Shown here piece after piece: positions 21,601-28,464 of a stretch of 64,000 bases of DNA. Source of the DNA: an uncultured Gammaproteobacteria bacterium (GTDB lineage: Bacteria; Pseudomonadota; Gammaproteobacteria; SZUA-229). The notes beneath the pieces were generated by a model, which did not search any database, was not told the DNA's origin, and saw only the letters and a program-made list of their open reading frames with translations. Location of the stretch: positions 2,724 through 66,723 of the forward strand of contig CALLCZ010000052.1 of assembly GCA_937998645.1 (NCBI GenBank), in the 5' to 3' direction. A program made the position numbers and the translations under genes. Positions within the stretch are counted from its first letter, which is position 1. Every line of letters begins with the position of its first letter.

Positions 21601-22637
21601 GACATTGGATCATGGGTGCAGAGTTCACAGCGACTTCGATGATCGGCATGATCGCACTGGGCGGGATTATCGTGCGGCAATCCATCCTGATTGTGGAATT
21701 CGTCAAGATCGAGGTCGCTAAAGGCCGTCCGGTCAGGGAAGCTGCAGTCGCGGGCGCCGAAATACGTATGCGCCCGATCATGATTACTTCGCTGACACTG
21801 ATGGCTGGTGCATGGGCCATTATCTTTGACCCGATTTTCCAGGGCATGGCAGTGAGCCTGTTGTTTGGTGCCGGCGTTGCCACCCTGATGGCAGTAATCA
21901 TTATCCCTCTTGGCTGTATCAGTTTGCGTAAACGCTTCTACATGGAGACGGCAGCAGATTCTGCCGAGATGGTACTGAGCCCTAAATATGCAGAGATCGA
22001 AGGCGAAGACGCCGAGGTGGCGGCGGCTGCTGAAGAAGCCGTGCAGGAATACAGGACACCGCTTTGGATGCGGCTCTATAGCGGCATCATTGGTCTGTTT
22101 GGCTGGATTTTCCTTATCCTGAACTCGGTTTTCATCTTGTTGAAGATGGCGTTTGGCTTTGTGCTGGGGAAATTTGGCGGCTCTGATGAACCTCCACCAC
22201 CACCGCCGGCCGCATCGCCGCCGTCGAGTCCACCGCCGTCTTCGAGTCCGCCGTCTCCAGGCGGGGATGATTCTGCCGCTGCGGAACAGTCATCATCGGA
22301 GCAGGCTGCACCTGAATCCGAGGCTGAAGACGAAGCGAATATAACGGCGGAGCAGGAAAAGGCAGCCACAACAGACAAGCCCACTGTTAAGAAAAAAGCG
22401 GCCAGTACGGTGAAAAGAGCGCCTGAGAAAAAGGCAGACAAGAAGAAGACAGACAAGAAAAAGGCGGAGTCAGCAAAAGCAGCATCTTCAGCAAAAAAAG
22501 CGGAGTCGGATGATGATTCTGTAGCAGCCACAGATGCTAAGACGGTAAAGAAAACCGCGGCGGCCAAAAAGGCGCCTTCGAAGAAAACCTCACCAAGCGG
22601 CAGGCGCGGTATTAGACTGAAAGTTGATACTGACTAG
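18633..22637 (+). CDS. RND efflux transporter permease (AcrB/CusA superfamily) with an unusual ~230-aa low-complexity C-terminal tail
   Basis: 1334 aa. 12-TM RND core (IAALLVGVMG..., DDATVVVENIFRH, duplicated halves). After the core comes an extra hydrophobic segment (LWMRLYSGIIGLFGWIFLILNSVFILLKMAFGFVLG). This is followed by a Pro/Ser run (PPPPPAASPPSSPPPSSSPPSP), an acidic block and a Lys/Ala-rich histone-H1-like block (KKAASTVKRAPEKKADKKKTDKKKAESAKAASSAKK...). Confidence 0.9.
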   Translation: MADEQDKDKDTGEAQASSENTDNSSEVPQVPESTGQEHYDLGIAGNIANKFINTPVTPMLLIAALLVGVMGLIFTPRQEDPKISVPMIDLYVSYPGASVYQVESLVTDPLERLMDEIPGVRHTYSATMRGQAIVTVRFFVGEDLGESIVKVHDKIRSNMDKIPPDVSMPLVKPVAIDDVPTVSVTLWSKEVDDSTLRILANDVLQELGQVKNTGKGFVVGGRADQIRVEVMPERLAGYNLSLQQVANTVTAANAESNVGAVEAGSTSFSVYSGTFLKTADSIKRLVVGTFNGAPIYMRDVANVFHGPEDAKQVSYYYAGPAYEGEHRANGDAAVTIAIAKKEDTNGVTVSKAVLKKIDSLKGRLIPDNVHVEVTRDYGKTANDKVNELLMAMFEAALIVSVLCLIGLGARAAFVVITVIPVVILLTIWWAMMVDYTIDRVSLFALIFSIGILVDDATVVVENIFRHWLVKGRTTITDAVDAVREVGNPTILATFTIIAALLPMGWVSGLMGPYMRPIPVLGSSAMFFSLVAAFIFTPWFAMKVRPKMAALEAAERREQRTHKVIGKFYRPLIMPLVNSRKLGILFLVSIIGITAATCLLFYPTQWVPVKMLPFDNKPEFSVIINMPEGTAMPVTANVAHELAEAVKAIPEVTAVQSYAGTAQPFNFNGMVRHYYLRSRPWEGDLLVLLKDKNERERGSHAIAVEARSILKPIADRLGAKIAVVEMPPGPPVLQTMVTEIHGPDEETRREVASKMTEFFEQAEGVVDVDNYMAEPSNYWRFEINVDKAARRGISVESINGTLAMAMGGYRLGDVKLASVIEPTFIVIQVPLATRSQVSQLSNLPVVSASGTAVPLGELGDFVLQQEEPVIYHKDLRAIEYVVGEMEGRLGAPIYGMFNVEAFTDEYTTPDGVIMQGMPMNLIGPPSDDEKSGFEWTGEWTVTFETFRDMGIAFMAALVLIYGLIVYEFRDFAIAGLIMSPIPVTMIGIVPGHWIMGAEFTATSMIGMIALGGIIVRQSILIVEFVKIEVAKGRPVREAAVAGAEIRMRPIMITSLTLMAGAWAIIFDPIFQGMAVSLLFGAGVATLMAVIIIPLGCISLRKRFYMETAADSAEMVLSPKYAEIEGEDAEVAAAAEEAVQEYRTPLWMRLYSGIIGLFGWIFLILNSVFILLKMAFGFVLGKFGGSDEPPPPPPAASPPSSPPPSSSPPSPGGDDSAAAEQSSSEQAAPESEAEDEANITAEQEKAATTDKPTVKKKAASTVKRAPEKKADKKKTDKKKAESAKAASSAKKAESDDDSVAATDAKTVKKTAAAKKAPSKKTSPSGRRGIRLKVDTD

Positions 22638-22649
22638 GGGGGATATATT

Positions 22650-23183
22650 ATGCGTTTGCTGAATCATGCTTTTTCTATCATTATGGTATCGTTATTGATT
22701 CAGTCGGGAAATGTATCAGCGGCGCCGGTAATCAGTACACTACCCGATACTTTCCCCGGGTCGGGAGGACTTGCAAGGCCCCCGGCGGGCAGTCAACTGC
22801 CTCCGGCCTATCCTGAGTGGCCAGAACGGCCCGCCCGAAGAGAATTAATACCACCACCACCCGGTGGCCCCTACATGTCATCAGCCTTGTCTGACATCGA
22901 TGCTTTTCCCGCACATACCGGCGGTTTGCGCAATGAACCCAGGGGTCATCGGATGCCATCGCCTTTTTTTGGGGCGGACATGCCATGGCCGGAAACACCT
23001 GAGTATTCGCCTCCTGAAGCCTGGATACCTGAAAGTGGTGAATACCGTTTTGTGCCGGAAGAGGTTGTGCGCCAGCTGGAATCTCCAGCACCGAGCCAGC
23101 GGCAGGAATATCAAAGATATATGCCGCCTCGGGTGTATATGCCGGCACCGCCGCCAAGACCGCCTTATTACGGCTACTACTGA
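22650..23183 (+). CDS. Secreted proline-rich low-complexity protein
   Basis: 177 aa. Strong SD (GGGGGGA) upstream. Signal peptide (MRLLNHAFSIIMVSLLIQSGNVSAAP). Pro/Tyr/Glu-rich mature region ending PAPPPRPPYYGYY. Confidence 0.65.
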   Translation: MRLLNHAFSIIMVSLLIQSGNVSAAPVISTLPDTFPGSGGLARPPAGSQLPPAYPEWPERPARRELIPPPPGGPYMSSALSDIDAFPAHTGGLRNEPRGHRMPSPFFGADMPWPETPEYSPPEAWIPESGEYRFVPEEVVRQLESPAPSQRQEYQRYMPPRVYMPAPPPRPPYYGYY

Positions 23184-23245
23184 TAACGACGGTAAATATT
23201 AAAAATTAAACTAACATTAAGCTGAGGGTAAACAAACATTATTAA

Positions 23246-23773
23246 GTGATTGAAATGAAAATGGTTAGTGTCTGTATTGCATTTGTACTGGTTGTATTCC
23301 TGGATAATGCAATATCAGGTGGTTATTCACGAGGTGATGATCCGGCGCAGTATCAGGGCGCTAGCCAGATGTTGTTAGCTGAGTCGGGAGACAACCCATG
23401 GGCGCGTCCTCAACAACGGCAAGGTGCAGGTGGGCTGCCTTCATATATCACGAATCCGAAATATGCGACCAAAGAAGACGTGGAAACAAAATTGAATGAT
23501 GGAAACAAGCAACGCAGCAGCAGTGGCATGCCAGCGCAGCCGCGACAGCAGGTTCAGCCCGGATACGGGGCGCCACTGGGTTTGCCTGCAGTGCCTCAAA
23601 TCTATGCGCCATATTATCAACCTGGATATCCGGGTGCTGGCATGATGCCGGGTATGGGTATGCCTTACATGGGTAGTCCCGGATTTGGCGGCAATCCCCT
23701 GATAACTCCATACGGAAATATTTATGGCAATGTTGTGCCATATCAAGAATCACGGCCATCCTCGGGTGATTAA
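23246..23773 (+). CDS. Secreted Gly/Pro/Tyr/Met-rich low-complexity protein
   Basis: About 175 aa (GTG or nearby ATG start). Hydrophobic signal segment (MKMVSVCIAFVLVVFL). Mature N-terminus GGYSRGDDP shares the GYSRGD motif with the next gene. C-terminal half PGYGAPLGLP...PGYPGAGMMPGMGMPYMGSPGFGGNPLITPYGNIYGNVVPY. Confidence 0.6.
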   Translation: MIEMKMVSVCIAFVLVVFLDNAISGGYSRGDDPAQYQGASQMLLAESGDNPWARPQQRQGAGGLPSYITNPKYATKEDVETKLNDGNKQRSSSGMPAQPRQQVQPGYGAPLGLPAVPQIYAPYYQPGYPGAGMMPGMGMPYMGSPGFGGNPLITPYGNIYGNVVPYQESRPSSGD

Positions 23774-23896
23774 TTACGAGCATGGTAAATAGAATCTGTT
23801 GAATACACGGCGAATTCGAAAAGTATTTGACGGTATATGTTGGTATTGGATAAATCCCTCAATTCAATGCCCGTAAAAACTCTTAAGAGGGTCACA

Positions 23897-24358
23897 ATGG
23901 GTGATTCAATGAAAAAAACATTGATAATTATGGCTGCTGCGGCAGTCCTGGCAGCATCTTCATCGGCAAATGCCTGGTGGGGTGATGACGGTTACAGTCG
24001 TGGTGATGGTCGTGGCTATGGTCGCGGTTATGGCGACGGCTATGGTTATGGCGACGGTTATGGCGATGGCTATGGTGATGCTGATGGTGATTTCGATGGA
24101 GATTTCTCAATGCACATGAGCGGCAGTGGTCGTGGTTCAGGCCGTGGTCGTGGTCGTGGTGAAAATCGTTACCGTGGTCGTGGTGATTATCGTGGTGATT
24201 ATTACGGTGATTACTATGGCGACTATCGTGATGGTCGTGGCTATTATGGCGGTGGTCCGTACGGCTACAGAGGCTACGGCGCACCTTATGGTGCTCCATA
24301 CGGCGCACCATACGGTGCACCAGCTGCACCTGCAGCTCCTGCCGCACCTGCCAAGTAA
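23897..24358 (+). CDS. Secreted Gly/Tyr/Asp/Arg repeat protein (sulfur-globule-protein-like composition)
   Basis: SD AAGAGGG is 5 nt before the ATG at 23897. Signal peptide [22 protein letters not shown]. Mature sequence [33 protein letters not shown]..., then [33 protein letters not shown]..., then (APYG)x4 and (AAP)x3. The underlying DNA is a near-tandem repeat of ~15-bp units. Confidence 0.65.
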   Translation: MGDSMKKTLIIMAAAAVLAASSSANAWWGDDGYSRGDGRGYGRGYGDGYGYGDGYGDGYGDADGDFDGDFSMHMSGSGRGSGRGRGRGENRYRGRGDYRGDYYGDYYGDYRDGRGYYGGGPYGYRGYGAPYGAPYGAPYGAPAAPAAPAAPAK

Positions 24359-24424
24359 AAAGCAGGTTCCCTTTGACTGGCGGCCTGCTAAAGTTACTGG
24401 CTGCCAGTCTCTGGATTAAGAGGG

Positions 24425-25162
24425 ATGAATTACATTATCAAATCGATCCTGCTAGCGCTATTTGTATTGATGTCATTCAATGCGCATGCGGTCTCATTCT
24501 CGGCTGATGCCGTTCAACACCGTGGGACTGAAGTCAGCCATGCGAAAATGTTCTGGAATGACGGCAGCGTTCGATTTGAATACATGGGTCAGGGCATTCC
24601 CATGGTGCAGATTTTCGATAACAACAACAGTAAGGTGATCTGGCTTGATACTGCGAAGAAAGTCTATACAGAGCGTGAACTGACAGATCAGCAGCCTGTG
24701 CCTGTTATGGCCGGCACAGAAAAAAAATACAATCCTTGCGATGACTTCCCGGACGCTGAGTGTACTCGCCTGAAGTCAGCTGAATTAAATGAACGCCAAA
24801 CGGACAAGTGGCTGATTACTTTCAAAGAAAACGGCAGGGACCAGCACGTTTTCCAGTGGATAGACAAGAAACACCAGATGCTGGTTCGCCAGGAAAATCC
24901 GGACGGCTCTGTTCTCGAAGTGAAAATCCTTGATGATCAGGAAATAAATGACAGGCAGGTGCGCAGAGTCGACATGAATGCAATAGACTCTGATGGCAAC
25001 AGTGTTCGTGCCACTCAGTGGTATGACCCTGTACTCGATATCGTAGTTCGTCAACAGGCAGGCTATGGTGTCATAGACGAATTGCGCAACATCAAGCTTG
25101 AAACGGTCAGTGCAGAGAGTTTGCAATACCCGAAGGACACAGGACTGTCGATTCTCAGCTGA
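24425..25162 (+). CDS. Secreted/periplasmic hypothetical protein
   Basis: 245 aa. Signal peptide (MNYIIKSILLALFVLMSFNAHA). Hydrophilic beta-rich sequence with no recognisable catalytic motif. Co-directional with the flanking genes. Confidence 0.6.
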   Translation: MNYIIKSILLALFVLMSFNAHAVSFSADAVQHRGTEVSHAKMFWNDGSVRFEYMGQGIPMVQIFDNNNSKVIWLDTAKKVYTERELTDQQPVPVMAGTEKKYNPCDDFPDAECTRLKSAELNERQTDKWLITFKENGRDQHVFQWIDKKHQMLVRQENPDGSVLEVKILDDQEINDRQVRRVDMNAIDSDGNSVRATQWYDPVLDIVVRQQAGYGVIDELRNIKLETVSAESLQYPKDTGLSILS

Positions 25163-25230
25163 CAGATGTGAACACTGAAACAGGCATTACATTCGGTACA
25201 GCAAATAAGTAAGAGGTTGTTAATAACAAA

Positions 25231-25869
25231 ATGTTGACCGTCATAGGTAATCTGAAAGGTGGAACAGGCAAGAGCACGGTGGCATTCAATCTGGCCGTGT
25301 GGCTGGCGCATGACAATACGGATGTACATTTGTTTGATCTCGACCCCCAGGAGACGTTGATGGATACGGCAGAAATAAGGGAAGAGGATGGCTATGAGCC
25401 TGTAATCGAGATTTCGAATGACGTCGATGAACTCGAAATGCTGGTCAACAGCAAGGGAAGCAAGAATACGACACAGCTTGTTGCGGATGTCAGCGCGACG
25501 AATATGCCGCATCTTGAAAAGGCTATTTCGCTGGCAAGGCGAGTCTTGATACCTGTACAGCCCAGTCAGGCGGATATCTGGTCGACACAGCGCTTTCTGA
25601 AGATTGTGCTGTCATGCATGGATAAAGAGAACAGGCCCGAGATACTCGCTTTCATCAATCGTGCAGACACGCACCCTGGTATTCGCGAAACCGGTGAGGC
25701 TGAAGAAGCGCTGCAGATGCTGCCAAATATTGAAGCGCTGGATGCCAGGTTGTATACACGCACGGCTTTTCGCCGTTCCTTTAGTGAGGGGCTGGCCGTC
25801 TTTGAGCAGGATCCAATGGGCAAGGCAGCTCGTGAAATGAAGAAACTGGCTAAACTACTATATAAATAA
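25231..25869 (+). CDS. Small ParA/MinD-family P-loop ATPase (orphan ParA-like)
   Basis: 212 aa. Deviant Walker A (GNLKGGTGKSTVAFNLA), Walker A' (LFDLDPQ), Walker B (VLIPVQPS). There is no parB or centromere-like partner; the downstream gene is a TM-TPR protein. Confidence 0.8.
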   Translation: MLTVIGNLKGGTGKSTVAFNLAVWLAHDNTDVHLFDLDPQETLMDTAEIREEDGYEPVIEISNDVDELEMLVNSKGSKNTTQLVADVSATNMPHLEKAISLARRVLIPVQPSQADIWSTQRFLKIVLSCMDKENRPEILAFINRADTHPGIRETGEAEEALQMLPNIEALDARLYTRTAFRRSFSEGLAVFEQDPMGKAAREMKKLAKLLYK

Positions 25870-25930
25870 CAGGCTATTCTGAAATGATCAGATTTGCCTG
25901 CTAAATGAAATACTGATTCTGGAGATGATT

Positions 25931-26788
25931 ATGAAGTTAATCAGGTGGTTGTTCAGCAACATTATACTGATAGCGTTTGTGCTGGCTTTAACCTATGCCT
26001 ACGTGTACTGGGACAACCTTACCGGTGAAGATACGCCGGCAGGCAAGGCGATCGCCTATTTATCGGTTGAGTACGATGAAGTGCGCGAGTTTCTGGACTC
26101 ATATGATTTTAACGATGATCAGGTGGTTGATGCTCGCCCGGAACCCGTTGCTGAAGCAACAGAAACCGCATCTGTTCCCCAGATGATGCCGCCACCCAGG
26201 CCCCAGGTACGCCCACCGGCGCAGCAACAGCCGGTGCCGCCGCGGGAGATGGCACAACAACCACCGGTGAGCCAGCCGTCAGTCAGCCCCCAGGTTCCAC
26301 CCGTGGTAATGATGCAGCAGCCACCCGCAGGCCAGCAGGCCTCCAGGCCTCAGGCTCCGCCCCAGGCCATGATGCAGAAACCGCCTGCAAGGCCGCCAGT
26401 ACCGCAGCCCGTGACGCCAGCGCGCGAGCCGGTGCCGGCCGGCCCGCCAGCAGCTGCAGTCGCAGACAAACCGGCTTCGAGCACGCGTGAACTCTGGATC
26501 AGTGCACGCGAGGAATACCATCGCGGCAATATTGAGGGTTCCATCAGCAACTACCAGCAAGTGATTGCGAGTTCCACTGATAACTATGATGCTTATGGCG
26601 AACTGGGCAATGTTTACCTGAGCAGAGGCAAATACAGGGAGGCTGCCAGCGCTTATTTTGATGCAGCCTCAATTCTGGTGAAACAGGGACAGGCTGGCCG
26701 TGCCAGAAGCTTGTTGCCGATGCTGGAGCGGCTGGACAGGAAGAAGGCCGAAGAATTGCATCAACTCATCAACACGGCAGGCAACTAA
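25931..26788 (+). CDS. Membrane-anchored protein with Pro/Gln-rich disordered linker and C-terminal TPR-like domain
   Basis: SD GGAGA 6 nt before ATG at 25931. N-terminal TM (LIRWLFSNIILIAFVLALTYAYVYW). About 110 aa of P/Q/V-rich low complexity (PPPRPQVRPPAQQQPVPP...). C-terminal helical repeats (YDAYGELGNVYLSRGKYREAASAYFDAASILVKQGQ). Confidence 0.6.
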   Translation: MKLIRWLFSNIILIAFVLALTYAYVYWDNLTGEDTPAGKAIAYLSVEYDEVREFLDSYDFNDDQVVDARPEPVAEATETASVPQMMPPPRPQVRPPAQQQPVPPREMAQQPPVSQPSVSPQVPPVVMMQQPPAGQQASRPQAPPQAMMQKPPARPPVPQPVTPAREPVPAGPPAAAVADKPASSTRELWISAREEYHRGNIEGSISNYQQVIASSTDNYDAYGELGNVYLSRGKYREAASAYFDAASILVKQGQAGRARSLLPMLERLDRKKAEELHQLINTAGN

Positions 26789-26805
26789 CAAAAGAGACGG
26801 CATCC

Positions 26806-27396
26806 ATGTTCTATTTTTTACGTAATATTCTCGCCATCCTAGGCCTGGTTGTGATTATCGCCGCTGGCTACGCAATGGTTAAATTTCAGCCATCGCTCGC
26901 TGTCATCAGTGAGTTTGAAGACAATGCGGTCGATGTTTTCACTGATATGGGTGTCAAACTGCTTGAAACCGGTAACATGGCTGAGGCGAGTATCTGGAAA
27001 ATACCCGTGGATGAGGGCATGACTGCTGACGAGGTTGAAGAAACAATGAAGTTTGTTGCCAATGAGCACAACTTCAAGAATGTTGGCGAAATGCCGTTAT
27101 ACAAGGAAGTGGAAGCCATGAGCGGCATGCCATATCGGTATGTTAAAATATTCATGTTTTGTAATGCACTGACTGCATCACGCATGCTGGACTACAATGA
27201 TGCATTCTCCAGCTATTTGCCTTGCCGCATTACTTTGATCGAAGACAAGGAAGGCAAGTTGTGGCTGTACACGCTGAACATGGATGGCATGATCTATGGC
27301 GGCAGGCCGCTACCGGCTGAGCTCAAGGAAGAGGCTGAAAATGTGAAAGAAATCATACTCGACATTATGAATAGAGGCGCAACCGGCGAGTTCTAA
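26806..27396 (+). CDS. Membrane-anchored DUF302-domain protein
   Basis: 196 aa. N-terminal TM (ILAILGLVVIIAAGYAMV). DUF302-like core (FMFCNALTASRML...YLPCRITLIEDKEGKLWLYTLNMD). The stop lies 1 nt before the next start. Confidence 0.65.
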   Translation: MFYFLRNILAILGLVVIIAAGYAMVKFQPSLAVISEFEDNAVDVFTDMGVKLLETGNMAEASIWKIPVDEGMTADEVEETMKFVANEHNFKNVGEMPLYKEVEAMSGMPYRYVKIFMFCNALTASRMLDYNDAFSSYLPCRITLIEDKEGKLWLYTLNMDGMIYGGRPLPAELKEEAENVKEIILDIMNRGATGEF

Positions 27397-27397
27397 T

Positions 27398-28441
27398 ATG
27401 GCTGACGAAAAGAAGCCACCAGCTTCTGGCAAAAGTACAACAGACAAACCGGCAGAAAAGCCGGCCGCTTCTGCTGCGCCCGAGAAAAAGGCGGCGCCGG
27501 CCAAGAAAGCTGAGCCCAAAAAAGCTGAGCCCAAAAAAGCTGAACCCAAAAAAGCTGAACCCAGGAAAACTGAGCCCGCGGCTACCGATGCGCTGTCTGA
27601 TACAGAAAAAAGGGCAGCAACCACCATCCTCAAGAAGAAAATGAGTGTCGAGGAGGAAAAGCGGGCGCTGGACGCCATCATCACCGGGGCTACGACGGCT
27701 GCGGACAAGAAAAAAGCGATCGATGAGCTGAAAAAACTCCACGTTGCTGATGACATCATAAAACAGAGAACACACGAAACACCCGAGGGTGTAAACGAGA
27801 TCAAGCAAAAGGCATCCAAAGCCAGGCATGCCGCTTCAGAGAAAATTCTCAGCCAGGGCTATGTTCCTGATGCCGATGTGGCCTTATCACGCCTTGCCGA
27901 TACTTTTGATAAAAGTGCACGTCGTTGGGAAATGGTGGTCTACCCGACCATGTTCGCGTTTATCCTGCTCGCAGGTTATGGCTTTTACCTGATTTACCAT
28001 TTGACGCATGATATTGCGGTGCTGTCACACAGTGTGACCCGTATGGCCACGATCGTATCCGATGCAACACCCAGGGTAACGCAGGATATGCGGGATATGT
28101 CGCAGGACATGCGCGTCATGTCTGGCGAGATACGCACCATGTCCTACCAGATGGAAACCCTGAAGCCGATGAGCAACAACATCGCCAACATGACCTACAC
28201 GATGACGAATCTGAACCGCTCCGTGTACGGTTTGCAGCGTGATGTGGGGGGCATGAATCGTACCATTTCTGGCGGTCCGTTTGGTTTTATGAAAGATGCA
28301 ATGCCATTCTCATCTGATTCATATACAAATCCGCTACCACCGGTACCAATGGGCGCGGGCCAGCACCAGCCTGTCTATATTCAGCCCATGCCTTCACCGC
28401 CGGTCATGATGGCACCGCAGACTGCGCCTAATGGAAACTGA
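27398..28441 (+). CDS. Membrane protein with N-terminal Lys/Ala/Pro/Glu tandem repeats (KKAEP x4) and C-terminal Met-rich region
   Basis: 347 aa. N-terminus ...PAKKAEPKKAEPKKAEPKKAEPRKTEP, encoded by 15-bp tandem DNA repeats. Single TM (MVVYPTMFAFILLAGYGFYLIYHL). Then Met-rich DMRDMSQDMRVMSGEIRTMSYQMETLKPMSNNIANMTYTMTNL and a Pro/Met-rich end. Confidence 0.6.
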   Translation: MADEKKPPASGKSTTDKPAEKPAASAAPEKKAAPAKKAEPKKAEPKKAEPKKAEPRKTEPAATDALSDTEKRAATTILKKKMSVEEEKRALDAIITGATTAADKKKAIDELKKLHVADDIIKQRTHETPEGVNEIKQKASKARHAASEKILSQGYVPDADVALSRLADTFDKSARRWEMVVYPTMFAFILLAGYGFYLIYHLTHDIAVLSHSVTRMATIVSDATPRVTQDMRDMSQDMRVMSGEIRTMSYQMETLKPMSNNIANMTYTMTNLNRSVYGLQRDVGGMNRTISGGPFGFMKDAMPFSSDSYTNPLPPVPMGAGQHQPVYIQPMPSPPVMMAPQTAPNGN

Positions 28442-28464
28442 TATCACCTTATCTGGAGACTTTT

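Noticed and set aside
20343-21901. Several 80-170-aa minus-strand ORFs inside the RND permease gene
   Set aside because: They are embedded antisense to a 12-TM RND core with unmistakable conserved motifs, and they have no features of their own.
22650-24358. Reading the Gly/Tyr/Pro-rich ORFs as non-coding simple-sequence DNA
   Set aside because: Each has a strong SD at the right spacing and a canonical Sec signal peptide followed by an A-x-A-like cleavage context. Reading frames are kept open through the repeats. The DNA repeats are imperfect in a codon-respecting way. Together this argues for real genes.
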